Sequence record: MN158214.1
Source of the DNA: Escherichia phage BEBK14
Reading direction: 5' to 3' (one strand)
DNA length: 50,853 nucleotides
The notes under the pieces are model-generated. The model was not told the origin of the DNA. It did not search any database and saw only the letters and a list, made by a program, of their open reading frames with translations. Below are positions 37,725-45,950 of this stretch, piece by piece (the stretch's first letter is position 1; each line of letters begins with the position of its first letter). A program made the position numbers and the translations under genes.

Positions 37725-38120
37725 TTATTTGCCAGCATTGCGCGCTATCCCCTGGTAGGTTTTGTAAAAATCATCGCCAGTCTTCTTGAACTTACAGGCG
37801 TTGCGAGCAAGTCGGCGCATACGTCGCGCATCGTATCTGGCATTCTGGAATGGAGTTTTCATGGTCTTTACGTGGCAGCCGCGATGGTTGCGAATGCGTT
37901 TAAGGTCTGCAATCACCCCCTTAGTAGACTTGATCACATAGTTGTCGAACCCCAGTCGATCGGTAATGATATAGCCAAACTTAATGCGCGGACGTTTAAT
38001 CGTCATGCCAATGTAACGTGATTGAACTGTTACAACCTCTCCTTTACGAAGACCGCTTTTTTCGTCTGCCCAGGTTACGCGAAATTTTGTTCCGATGCGG
38101 ATATTGTTAAGCTCTAACAT
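37725..38120 (-). CDS. hypothetical protein
   Basis: ATG preceded by box copy and TATAAT. Confidence 0.4.
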   Translation of the reverse strand: MLELNNIRIGTKFRVTWADEKSGLRKGEVVTVQSRYIGMTIKRPRIKFGYIITDRLGFDNYVIKSTKGVIADLKRIRNHRGCHVKTMKTPFQNARYDARRMRRLARNACKFKKTGDDFYKTYQGIARNAGK

Positions 38121-38178
38121 TGTTGATTCCTATGTTTACTGAACGGGGTAAATTATAGCGGAGCATTGCGCCCCGCGT

Positions 38179-38195
38179 TTAGCAATTCGTGCTAT
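38179..38195 (-). promoter_or_regulatory. 17-bp box copy (variant CGAATTGCTAA)
   Basis: contains TAG stop of kinase gene; TATAAT at 38152..38157, 21 bp downstream. Confidence 0.5.
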
Positions 38196-38782
38196 TTGAT
38201 TTTTGTGAAATACCACTGCACGGTTTCGATGATTTCCTCTACCGTCTTTTCTGGCTCGCCATCGTGCAATGTGAAATCGTAATGCTTGAGGCGGTGATGA
38301 TAGTCGCCCATGTCGATATAGTTTCGCGAGTCGCCATCGAACGTGTACCCCTCGCGATGCAGTCGGCAAATGTGCACTTTGTGACCTGCTTTAATCAGTG
38401 GCTTGATTTCTTCTGGAAAGCCGCCGTCTGTTACGATAATTGCAAGGTCGCGGTACATTTCGTGAATCTGCTCAACCATTCTCCAGCCGAAATACTGTTC
38501 CCCAAATGCTGGCTTCATTACCTCCTCGCTAATCCAGATCATGAACTGGCGCGGTGATTTTCCCTGCAATATCACCTGAGGCTTTTCTTTCTGTTCCCGG
38601 TCGTTGTACAAGTCCATAAATTCATCGTATCTGTACACACCAAGCATGGAGAACGCAATATCGAACATTGGCTGTTTGAATGATGCCTTAACTGCTGGGT
38701 ATCGGTGTCCGGTAAGGTATGCCGCAATGGTGTCCTTTCCCACTCCAGGTGGCCCATTCAGGATAATGATGTCTCTTTTCAT
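38192..38782 (-). CDS. P-loop kinase (polynucleotide/nucleotide kinase-like)
   Basis: Walker A GPPGVGKDT near N-terminus, 196 aa; stop TAG lies inside box copy. Confidence 0.55.
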   Translation of the reverse strand: MKRDIIILNGPPGVGKDTIAAYLTGHRYPAVKASFKQPMFDIAFSMLGVYRYDEFMDLYNDREQKEKPQVILQGKSPRQFMIWISEEVMKPAFGEQYFGWRMVEQIHEMYRDLAIIVTDGGFPEEIKPLIKAGHKVHICRLHREGYTFDGDSRNYIDMGDYHHRLKHYDFTLHDGEPEKTVEEIIETVQWYFTKIK

Positions 38783-39105
38783 TTTCTGCTCTCCACAAAA
38801 GTAATAGTCTCAACAAGTTTTGGATTAATCATGTCGCTTCGTCTAGGCTCTATGCTTGAGTCTTTATGCAAGCATCGGCCTTGCATAGCAATTTTATCTG
38901 CAAACTTTTTGCGCACACAGTCGAAGCTGTATTCATCCAGCTCTACGTTGTAGGCGACGTCTTCGCCATCAATGGACTCAATAGCGAATAGTGAATCCCT
39001 CATGTCGATTCTGTCTATGGCCTGGAATATTTCAATTTTGCGTGTCATTTCTTCGTCTCCTCGTCTGCTGTAACAACATGAATGCTGATTTCTTCCCTTG
39101 AGCAA
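38779..39105 (-). CDS. hypothetical protein
   Basis: 108-aa ORF. Confidence 0.35.
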   Translation of the reverse strand: MLKGRNQHSCCYSRRGDEEMTRKIEIFQAIDRIDMRDSLFAIESIDGEDVAYNVELDEYSFDCVRKKFADKIAMQGRCLHKDSSIEPRRSDMINPKLVETITFVESRK

Positions 39106-39239
39106 CCGAAATCAACAACGGTTTTTAGTGCCTCGACTCGCTCTATGAATGCCTCGCCATTTTCGATCTTGTCTGCAAGGTCGCGCAAGTAGTTAACTGC
39201 TTTTTCCTGCAATGGATGCATTGATGGAAGTTTATACAT
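39045..39239 (-). CDS. hypothetical protein
   Basis: 64-aa ORF. Confidence 0.3.
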   Translation of the reverse strand: MYKLPSMHPLQEKAVNYLRDLADKIENGEAFIERVEALKTVVDFGCSREEISIHVVTADEETKK

Positions 39240-39251
39240 CGGTTTCCTCTA

Positions 39252-39551
39252 TCACTTGCGCGCCATTTTGCGAAGCTGGCGACTTGTTAGTTTGCGCGGA
39301 TCGACTACGTGGCTGGCAACAATTCGGCCTCCTGCAACCAATACTTTATACCAGTGGTTATGGTTGCTTTGTTCCGTTGCATACCATCTAAACATGAAGA
39401 ACGCAGGTGAAATTCTGCCACGAAGAGAAGGTCTGCACTTCCCGCGAGCGTCGCGATACATCGCGATTGAGATGTGGCCTTGATGGTTTACGTGGTAAAG
39501 GTGAACCCCCATCTCGTTTGTGAATTTATAAATCGCGTTACGAACCAACAT
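39252..39551 (-). CDS. hypothetical protein
   Basis: ATG preceded by box copy, TATAGT and GAGGAA RBS. Confidence 0.4.
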   Translation of the reverse strand: MLVRNAIYKFTNEMGVHLYHVNHQGHISIAMYRDARGKCRPSLRGRISPAFFMFRWYATEQSNHNHWYKVLVAGGRIVASHVVDPRKLTSRQLRKMARK

Positions 39552-39609
39552 GATGTTTTCCTCTTTCGTTGTTGATGGGCTTACTATACCGCAAGCCCGA
39601 TAATCTGTT

Positions 39610-39626
39610 TTTGCAAAAAGTGCTAT
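39610..39626 (-). promoter_or_regulatory. 17-bp box copy (variant TTGCAAA)
   Basis: TATAGT at 39583..39588, 21 bp downstream. Confidence 0.5.
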
Positions 39627-39780
39627 TTACGAACGCATAACGCTGTTACATCCTTCCCACTATCTGACATGTGGAGAATAACTTGCTTTCGCGCCTCCTG
39701 GCATCTTGATTCGCCGTGGAACTCCTGCGACTCAATAGCTGCGGAGTTGTAACTTGTGACAAAGATTAAAAGCAACCAAG

Positions 39781-40320
39781 TCATTTTAAACACTCCACGC
39801 CGTGAGATTGCAGGTGAGCGTGTGGCTTGTCGTATTCCGTGACCTGATAGGTTGTGATCCCCAGGCTTCGGAAGTGCTTAACCACATTCGGAGAATCGTC
39901 AAAGGCGCAAACAATGTTGCCCAATCCAATAGCGCGCAAGGCTTCTTCTTTAATAACCGTATCCTTTCGGTTGTCCTCCTGGCGGCGCATGATGATTTCG
40001 TCAAACTTCACGCCGTTCTCATTCAACCATTTGCAGGTTTCATAGCGAACCTCGTCGCTGCGTCCGGTAAGAATAACGACGGCAAAGCCAGATACCCACA
40101 AACCATTGATAACAGCAATCGTGCTCTTAATCGGTGAATCTCCGGCGGCTGCCCTGTTAAATTCGCTCCACGATTCCGTAAGGTGCAAGTTTTCGGTTGG
40201 CAGCAAGTGCAAACGATGCGATCCGTCCGATAGCGTGCCATCCAGATCAACGATAACAATAGGCTTGCTGGTAATTAATTCGTATTTCTTTCCCCATAGT
40301 TCGAAAGTGTATTTTTTCAT
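39781..40320 (-). CDS. HAD-superfamily phosphatase (polynucleotide 3'-phosphatase-like)
   Basis: DxDGT motif (VIVDLDGTLSDG) near N-terminus and downstream HAD-like motifs. Confidence 0.55.
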   Translation of the reverse strand: MKKYTFELWGKKYELITSKPIVIVDLDGTLSDGSHRLHLLPTENLHLTESWSEFNRAAAGDSPIKSTIAVINGLWVSGFAVVILTGRSDEVRYETCKWLNENGVKFDEIIMRRQEDNRKDTVIKEEALRAIGLGNIVCAFDDSPNVVKHFRSLGITTYQVTEYDKPHAHLQSHGVECLK

Positions 40321-40330
40321 ATATTAATCC

Positions 40331-40513
40331 TTAAAATGTTTTATGGATGTATTCAGCAGTAGCCACAAGCAAAATGATCCATCCTGGAATACTGAAGCAG
40401 GTCATAACGAATGAATTATCATAGCTCAGTCTGAATTTATGCCTCGCACAGTGGATAAGCCACGCAAAAAGAAACACAATCCAGCCGAGAACAAGCCGAG
40501 TAAAATCATCCAT
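40331..40513 (-). CDS. small membrane protein
   Basis: hydrophobic 60-aa ORF. Confidence 0.3.
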   Translation of the reverse strand: MDDFTRLVLGWIVFLFAWLIHCARHKFRLSYDNSFVMTCFSIPGWIILLVATAEYIHKTF

Positions 40514-40731
40514 TATTTCACTTCCTCAAATTCAGCAATTACCATCGCGTGCGCCATAACCTTAGTTCCTTCGCCGCCGTTCAGGAACATGCGATGCCCT
40601 TTGCTATTGCTCACGTAAAAAGATCCGGTTGATGATTTCAACTTTTGCGCCGTATAGATTTCACCAGGCGTGAACATGCCAACGCAACCATAACCAACGG
40701 AAACGCATTTCATCTTCTTGTTAACGTACAT
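40513..40731 (-). CDS. hypothetical protein
   Basis: AAGGAG RBS before internal ATG (MYVNKK). Confidence 0.35.
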   Translation of the reverse strand: MYVNKKMKCVSVGYGCVGMFTPGEIYTAQKLKSSTGSFYVSNSKGHRMFLNGGEGTKVMAHAMVIAEFEEVK

Positions 40732-40787
40732 AGTTTTATCTCCTTCGTTGAAAGTGAGGCCATTATACCTGGCCCCACATTTGAGTT

Positions 40788-40804
40788 TTAACAATTCGTG
40801 CTAT
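40788..40804 (-). promoter_or_regulatory. 17-bp box copy (variant CGAATTGTTAA)
   Basis: abuts TAA stop of 40805..41770; TATAAT at 40761..40766, 21 bp downstream. Confidence 0.5.
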
Positions 40805-41770
40805 TTACACTTTGACCTTCCACTTAACCATCGTTCCGCGCTTGATGCTGATCTCACCTGCAACCGTCCGGTTTTTAGCGCCGCCATAGTGAAGCAGGAG
40901 GATAACAACATCATCATGAATTTCGATCGTCTTTGGTGTAGCCGTTAATTCATACCATGTACCATCATCAAGCTGGACTCCTTTTAGCTTAGAGGCAAGC
41001 GGCATTGACTCAATGCGCCCAATAGTAACCACTTCACCTTTTTCGACGCGTACAGTCTTGCAACGGTCGGCTAATGACTGTTTAAACTGATCGCGAAGCT
41101 CGTTTATAGACTCAACTCGCGCCTGCGTTTCGTTAGCAATTGCAGTTTTTAGTTCATCAACCAATTCATGAATTGCTTTACCATTATTTTTAATAGCGTC
41201 TCCATCCTTGTTGATCTTCCAATAATCTGGAATCGAAAAAATGTGTTTTGCAATGTCTTCCACGTAATACACCTTATCTTTTTCATTGTGTGGGTTGAAT
41301 CTATTGTGACCATTAACAAAGAAATCAACTTTTAGCTCTGATTTCTGACCATCGCTATAAACGCCGTTATCTCTTGATGTATATGTTATCGTGCTATCAC
41401 CAGTGGCTCGGAACGTGATCGGATACTTGATATTGTCCACGTTTAAGCACCACAGCTTTTTATAGTCGCATGTTTTCATCTCGACCATAGGAATCTCTGC
41501 GCGTTCCGGCGAGCGCACTGGTAACACTTGGCCTTTATATGGCTTGTAGTGGAGGCTGGTATATCCTGGCATTGCGTAGCCATAGTCTTTAAGGGCGTTG
41601 TAGTGCGTATTGTGTGCATCAATAAAGTGTTCAATCTCAATTGTTGATGGGCTTAGTTTGTCGCTATTCATATCAACCTTATGGCATGTTTTTTCATCGG
41701 TAAAAATGTAATGACCAATGCCGCGAGATTCGAATGTGATCGGGAATTTAATGTCAGCAAGTTTTAACAT
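40805..41770 (-). CDS. hypothetical protein with internal duplication and coiled coil
   Basis: two IKxPITF... repeats in translation; AGGAG RBS; stop TAA abuts box copy. Confidence 0.45.
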   Translation of the reverse strand: MLKLADIKFPITFESRGIGHYIFTDEKTCHKVDMNSDKLSPSTIEIEHFIDAHNTHYNALKDYGYAMPGYTSLHYKPYKGQVLPVRSPERAEIPMVEMKTCDYKKLWCLNVDNIKYPITFRATGDSTITYTSRDNGVYSDGQKSELKVDFFVNGHNRFNPHNEKDKVYYVEDIAKHIFSIPDYWKINKDGDAIKNNGKAIHELVDELKTAIANETQARVESINELRDQFKQSLADRCKTVRVEKGEVVTIGRIESMPLASKLKGVQLDDGTWYELTATPKTIEIHDDVVILLLHYGGAKNRTVAGEISIKRGTMVKWKVKV

Positions 41771-41838
41771 GGTGCTTTCTCCTGATTGGTTTAACAAAAT
41801 TATTTCTGGTTATAGGCCGGATTTTACGGCCTGGATTA

Positions 41839-42021
41839 TTACTTAATTCTTACCTCAACATTAATATCTGCGTTGGGGGCGAATAGCTGCGCCTTGCCGT
41901 TAACGCGAATGGTGAGAATGTTCTCTTTGCGGCAGTTATCCAGCACCAGGCGATATTTGCCAGCAAACTTAACCATCATTCCCGGTTTGACTTCGCTCAT
42001 TTTGATGATTTTATCCATCAT
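41839..42021 (-). CDS. hypothetical protein
   Basis: 60-aa ORF after ~200-nt GC-rich leader. Confidence 0.35.
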   Translation of the reverse strand: MMDKIIKMSEVKPGMMVKFAGKYRLVLDNCRKENILTIRVNGKAQLFAPNADINVEVRIK

Positions 42022-42240
42022 TAACCCCTTTCACATAAATAACCGTTTAATCTTTGGTGACGGGCTTCACTTCGTCGGTAGCCTCAGTTCAGTGACCTAT
42101 CTAGCGTTCTGCCTGGTGGCGAGTGTGATAGTTCTGGCCTCACGGTTGGGAATCCTGACACTTCGATCAAGCCCCTGCGTCGCTCCTCTCCCGCAGCAAT
42201 CCTTGCCGCCCGTCTATGTGTGTATTATGCCTGGTTATCG
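42022..42240 (-). ncRNA. GC-rich ~200-nt untranslated leader / candidate structured RNA
   Basis: lies between -10-like CATAAT (42224..42229) and gene 41839..42021; no ATG-initiated ORF; GC-rich with multiple inverted repeats. Confidence 0.3.
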
Positions 42241-42250
42241 TTTTTGAGTT

Positions 42251-42267
42251 TTAACAAAAAGTGCTAT
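42251..42267 (-). promoter_or_regulatory. 17-bp box copy
   Basis: contains TAG stop of lipoprotein gene; CATAAT 42224..42229, 21 bp downstream; followed by long GC-rich leader. Confidence 0.5.
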
Positions 42268-42527
42268 TTCACGTTTGTTGTGTTCTGGTAGTGACTAACC
42301 GACTTACCTTCGTTAGTTGACCAGTTTGCGCTACCCTGGCAGTTGGTAAAGTACACGTATCGGCTATCGCTGAACCTGTACACATCGCAACCATCAACTG
42401 TAAATAGTTTTCTGACGTTGTAAGTATCGGCAGGGTTAGCCATTTGTGCATCGACGTAAGCACCATCACCATTGCATCCGGTCAGGAATGCTGTTGCCAT
42501 AAAAACCGCCATTAATGCCTTATTCAT
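42264..42527 (-). CDS. lipoprotein
   Basis: signal peptide + lipobox LTGC; GAGGAG RBS; stop TAG inside box copy. Confidence 0.45.
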   Translation of the reverse strand: MNKALMAVFMATAFLTGCNGDGAYVDAQMANPADTYNVRKLFTVDGCDVYRFSDSRYVYFTNCQGSANWSTNEGKSVSHYQNTTNVK

Positions 42528-42528
42528 T

Positions 42529-42990
42529 TCATTTCTCCTCGTTAACAAGATTGCGGATCATTTCCTGGTAGCGGCTTATTCCTTCGCAAGCTCCAGCCAG
42601 TTTATCGCCTTGCATATCGGTAACGTTTGGCATTGATGCAAGAATGCGAGCGGCGAACTTTTCTACCGCCTTTGCCTGGACGGCTGGCAAGTCTTCGCTC
42701 GTGATCACCTTGCGCTTAACGTCGCGATTCAGGCTGAAAACGTAAAACTTATCGTCTTCCGTTTCTTCCGTTCTGATTCGCACCTTTCCAACCGCTTTCA
42801 CTTCCGGCACGCGGTTGATTATTGTGCGGCTGTATGCCTGATTCTTTGTCACCTTGTAGTAGTCGTCGCCGTTTAACATTCCGGCAAGGTCGAGAACTGA
42901 CATTTTATGCTCTACAATCTCGCCGCTTGCAAGGCGTCGACCAAGCTCTCGCAACCAGTCGCAATAGTCTTTCGATGTTTTCTGACTCAT
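42529..42990 (-). CDS. hypothetical protein
   Basis: AGGAGG RBS; first gene of leftward early transcript from divergent region. Confidence 0.45.
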   Translation of the reverse strand: MSQKTSKDYCDWLRELGRRLASGEIVEHKMSVLDLAGMLNGDDYYKVTKNQAYSRTIINRVPEVKAVGKVRIRTEETEDDKFYVFSLNRDVKRKVITSEDLPAVQAKAVEKFAARILASMPNVTDMQGDKLAGACEGISRYQEMIRNLVNEEK

Positions 42991-43021
42991 TGTCATTCCT
43001 CCTGTTGGTCAGTTGCAGGCC

Positions 43022-43430
43022 ATTATAAGTGCTATTTTATGCGTGTCAATGTTTATTTTGTCCGTATAACGTTCGCGTCCTGTTCGCGTTGCCGAAGTTT
43101 TGAGAGAATCACTACATAACCACATGATTTGCAATAAGTTTTTACCGCTTGTTTTCTTTCTGTTCGCGCTGTTAGCGCAATATCGCAATAAAAGTATATA
43201 TACATACTCATTCCACCAGGCGCGCAACTATCCATATATATACCAACAAAGCGACACCGCAACCATCACATACCACACTAACAACGCTAACAAGAAATAA
43301 CACATAAATATATACATAAATAAATATTCTTTATTTTCAATGTATTATAAGGGATTTATTTTGTTTTTTGCGTTCGCAATACATTGAAAAACAGCGCGGA
43401 AACATGTCGCCCTGAAACGCGAACACGCAC
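43022..43430. other. AT-rich divergent control region B with GTTCGCG repeats (possible origin/operator region)
   Basis: GTTCGCG at 43071, 43082, 43162; CGCGAAC at 43418; ATACATAAATAAATATTCTTTATTTT block; no convincing ORF over ~720 bp. Confidence 0.55.
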
Positions 43431-43643
43431 GAACAAAATAAACAGCTTCTGTTTGCTGACGCCACCAGGACGAGGCGAGAGGGCAACTACTTTCTATACA
43501 CCCCGCCCCACATGATTAATCACATACGCAATCAATCGAAAAACCTGGTAAACGCATATCACACTAACCAATTTAACAGTTAAGCAACTTATTCCGATTA
43601 TTCTTTGAGCGTGGAATAACTGGAATAATGCACCAGGCATGGA

Positions 43644-43660
43644 ATAGCACTTTTTGTTAA
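43644..43660 (+). promoter_or_regulatory. 17-bp box copy
   Basis: TACATT 43682..43687, 21 bp downstream, then ACACACATCGAAAC; precedes first rightward early gene. Confidence 0.55.
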
Positions 43661-43722
43661 AACCGAATCATTCTGATCGGGTACATTACACACATCGAAA
43701 CAAACCGCTCAGGAGATAGCAA

Positions 43723-43995
43723 ATGAACATCAGTAAAACCACTTTCAATTTCGCTAAGCGTCACGGTCTGGATCTGACTGTTGAGAACTTAGGCGATGTT
43801 CTGCAACTCTGCATTTGGGAAGCAGATAACGATTGCGAGTGGCTTTGCTCTTATCGTATCAACTACGATTGCTTGACCTGGCACGGCAATATCTATCTGC
43901 CGCAAGAGGTGAAAGAAGAATTGCCAGCGACTATCAACAACGAAGTTTTCTTGCGCCGGGTGCTGAAATTTATCAGTGAGGAGATCAAGAAGTAA
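43723..43995 (+). CDS. hypothetical protein
   Basis: first gene of rightward early operon; GGAG RBS. Confidence 0.45.
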   Translation: MNISKTTFNFAKRHGLDLTVENLGDVLQLCIWEADNDCEWLCSYRINYDCLTWHGNIYLPQEVKEELPATINNEVFLRRVLKFISEEIKK

Positions 43996-44261
43996 TGGCG
44001 GTGATTACCGAAAATGATTTAGATCTGGCGGAGGCATTTTGCAGGGCGGCCAGGTCTAACCTGGATGTGACTACTAAATTTATTCCGGTGCGCCCACTCT
44101 TTTCATGTGCGCCCGTGAATAAACCGACTCGCGTAATGATCGTGATTGAAGGTGATGGCCTGTACGCTGAAAAGACTTTCCACATCAGCAACATTAAAGG
44201 CCGCGCTGATTTTATCAATGATGTTTGCTTATTGCAGGAGAAGAAAAAATGCTTAATGTGA
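43995..44261 (+). CDS. hypothetical protein
   Basis: TAATG coupling with upstream gene. Confidence 0.4.
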   Translation: MAVITENDLDLAEAFCRAARSNLDVTTKFIPVRPLFSCAPVNKPTRVMIVIEGDGLYAEKTFHISNIKGRADFINDVCLLQEKKKCLM

Positions 44262-44461
44262 TCAAGAAAGCCCGTGAGATGGGTATGGATGTTTCAATCT
44301 GCGACGCGTCCGCGCGTCACCCGTTAGCGCCGGAAAATATGGTTGTAGTCATTGTGCATAATCACCGCTATGAGTGCCGTGCGATGTTTGATAAGCATGA
44401 TAAAGAGGCGCAACGCTGTTTTATCAACGAAGTTTGCGATCTGTATGGGAGAATCAACTGA
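44249..44461 (+). CDS. hypothetical protein
   Basis: GGAG RBS before ATG 44249. Confidence 0.4.
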   Translation: MLNVIKKAREMGMDVSICDASARHPLAPENMVVVIVHNHRYECRAMFDKHDKEAQRCFINEVCDLYGRIN

Positions 44462-44727
44462 TGGCACGTATCAATGCACCTATTCCAGTAAAGCGCAAAG
44501 CACGTTTGCTCAATAAAGGATGTTACGCCCTGATGCCTGCATTTAAGGATCGCACCTTTCCGGTTATCGTTAACGTGTCTCACGTAAGCCGTAGCGGAAA
44601 CCTGGTATTCGTTAAAGGTGAAGATCTGGCGGCGCTTGGATTCTATGGCGGTGTTTACGGCGAACCGCTCGGCTTCTGGCTTGTAGATCCGTTAACTGGC
44701 GAGCGTGAAATCGAATTTCTGGACTAA
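44461..44727 (+). CDS. hypothetical protein
   Basis: stop TAA abuts box copy. Confidence 0.4.
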   Translation: MARINAPIPVKRKARLLNKGCYALMPAFKDRTFPVIVNVSHVSRSGNLVFVKGEDLAALGFYGGVYGEPLGFWLVDPLTGEREIEFLD

Positions 44728-44744
44728 ATAGCACTTTTTGTTAA
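44728..44744 (+). promoter_or_regulatory. 17-bp box copy
   Basis: TATATT 44766..44771, 21 bp downstream; abuts TAA stop of upstream gene. Confidence 0.5.
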
Positions 44745-44802
44745 AAACGATGTGCGCCTGAATGGTATATTACATCCATCGACAACAAACGAGGATTTAA
44801 AG

Positions 44803-45000
44803 ATGGAAAATCAGGTTGATGTTAAAGTTGTTAAGCGCGACAAGTCTCACGAAAAAGGTTTGTTTAAGAAAGGTGCTGAAATCACCATTGACCTTGATGA
44901 TATGGAGGCGTACCACTCAGGGCTAACTTGGAACGTGCGCAAATGTGAAAACGGCATGTTCAAGTTAAATGGCTTTGAAACATACATGGAGATCATCTAA
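44803..45000 (+). CDS. hypothetical protein
   Basis: GAGGA RBS before ATG 44803. Confidence 0.4.
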   Translation: MENQVDVKVVKRDKSHEKGLFKKGAEITIDLDDMEAYHSGLTWNVRKCENGMFKLNGFETYMEII

Positions 45001-45212
45001 TGGCAAAGCAATTAAAACTTAAATGCGTTGAAACTTACGACTCGGTTTGGCGTTTTACGCTAGGCAAAGAATACACTCTAAAGGGCGATCTCAAATATGA
45101 TCCGCATGTTATTTCTGATAACGGCCATCACCTTTATTTGATGGAAGACAACGACTCATATATTGGCGCTGGAGTGCAAGGTCATAAATTTAAGCTGGCA
45201 AATAAAAAATGA
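45000..45212 (+). CDS. hypothetical protein
   Basis: TAATG coupling. Confidence 0.4.
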   Translation: MAKQLKLKCVETYDSVWRFTLGKEYTLKGDLKYDPHVISDNGHHLYLMEDNDSYIGAGVQGHKFKLANKK

Positions 45213-45320
45213 GGCTGGTAATATTCCGCAACGCCTGGATGTTGGCTGTTGCAAATGACCATTACGGCGGCGGCGGTAAACGCGCCGCTCTACACTCTTA
45301 CTTTAACTGAGGAAAATATA

Positions 45321-45560
45321 ATGACTGCTAAATCAATCAAGGTTGAAAATATTCTTGCTGCTGTTAAGGCGCACCACCGCTTAATTGTTCGACTTGATAA
45401 AACAAGCGGAATCAGCCAATTAACCATCACTGAGGGTAAAGGCGGTTACACTGTTGGCATTCATCCAGGCGGCAAGCTGCGAAAATTCAGCGAGGCCGGA
45501 TTAAAAGAAATGCTGAATGAATACTCTTTTTACATTCAAAGTTGGAAGGATGCAAAATAA
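45321..45560 (+). CDS. hypothetical protein
   Basis: GAGGAA RBS before ATG 45321. Confidence 0.4.
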   Translation: MTAKSIKVENILAAVKAHHRLIVRLDKTSGISQLTITEGKGGYTVGIHPGGKLRKFSEAGLKEMLNEYSFYIQSWKDAK

Positions 45561-45605
45561 TGCTCCACGGGCGCCATAATGCGCCCACAAATACAGGAAA
45601 CAACC

Positions 45606-45716
45606 ATGAATAAGTTTTTAGATATTACTTTTGCGTGCGTTTCTGGAAGCATTGGATTGGCGTTAATCGCTGCTGGCGCTGCTTTGATTTACATTTCTTT
45701 TGAGGTGATTTCATAA
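45606..45716 (+). CDS. hypothetical small membrane peptide (36 aa)
   Basis: AGGAAA RBS; single hydrophobic helix; TAATG coupling to next gene; below track cutoff. Confidence 0.25.
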   Translation: MNKFLDITFACVSGSIGLALIAAGAALIYISFEVIS

Positions 45717-45940
45717 TGAGTCAGGACGGATTTTTTGAACGCCTTCAAATGGCAGAAGATGCCGGACTAAATAAAGAGGCGGCGCTTGAAGTTGCATATA
45801 AGATTAAGACTCTTGATGAGGCGCTAGGTGATATGGATATGAATCTTGAATCAAGCGCAATATTTGCAGATCCCACTATGATTGTTAATGATTGTGGATG
45901 CGATTTCGATCCTAGCTGTCCTCGCTGTTTTCCGTTTTGA
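45716..45940 (+). CDS. hypothetical protein
   Basis: 74-aa acidic ORF. Confidence 0.35.
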   Translation: MSQDGFFERLQMAEDAGLNKEAALEVAYKIKTLDEALGDMDMNLESSAIFADPTMIVNDCGCDFDPSCPRCFPF

Positions 45941-45950
45941 GGTAATGACG

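Noticed and set aside
42022-42240. tRNA gene in the GC-rich leader
   Set aside because: No acceptor stem and T-loop (GTTCRANYC-like) arrangement could be found by eye on either strand; kept only as a candidate structured RNA.
43009-43300. Three overlapping 66-72-aa ORFs in the AT-rich divergent region
   Set aside because: Low-complexity translations, mutually overlapping, no RBS; region better explained as non-coding control DNA.
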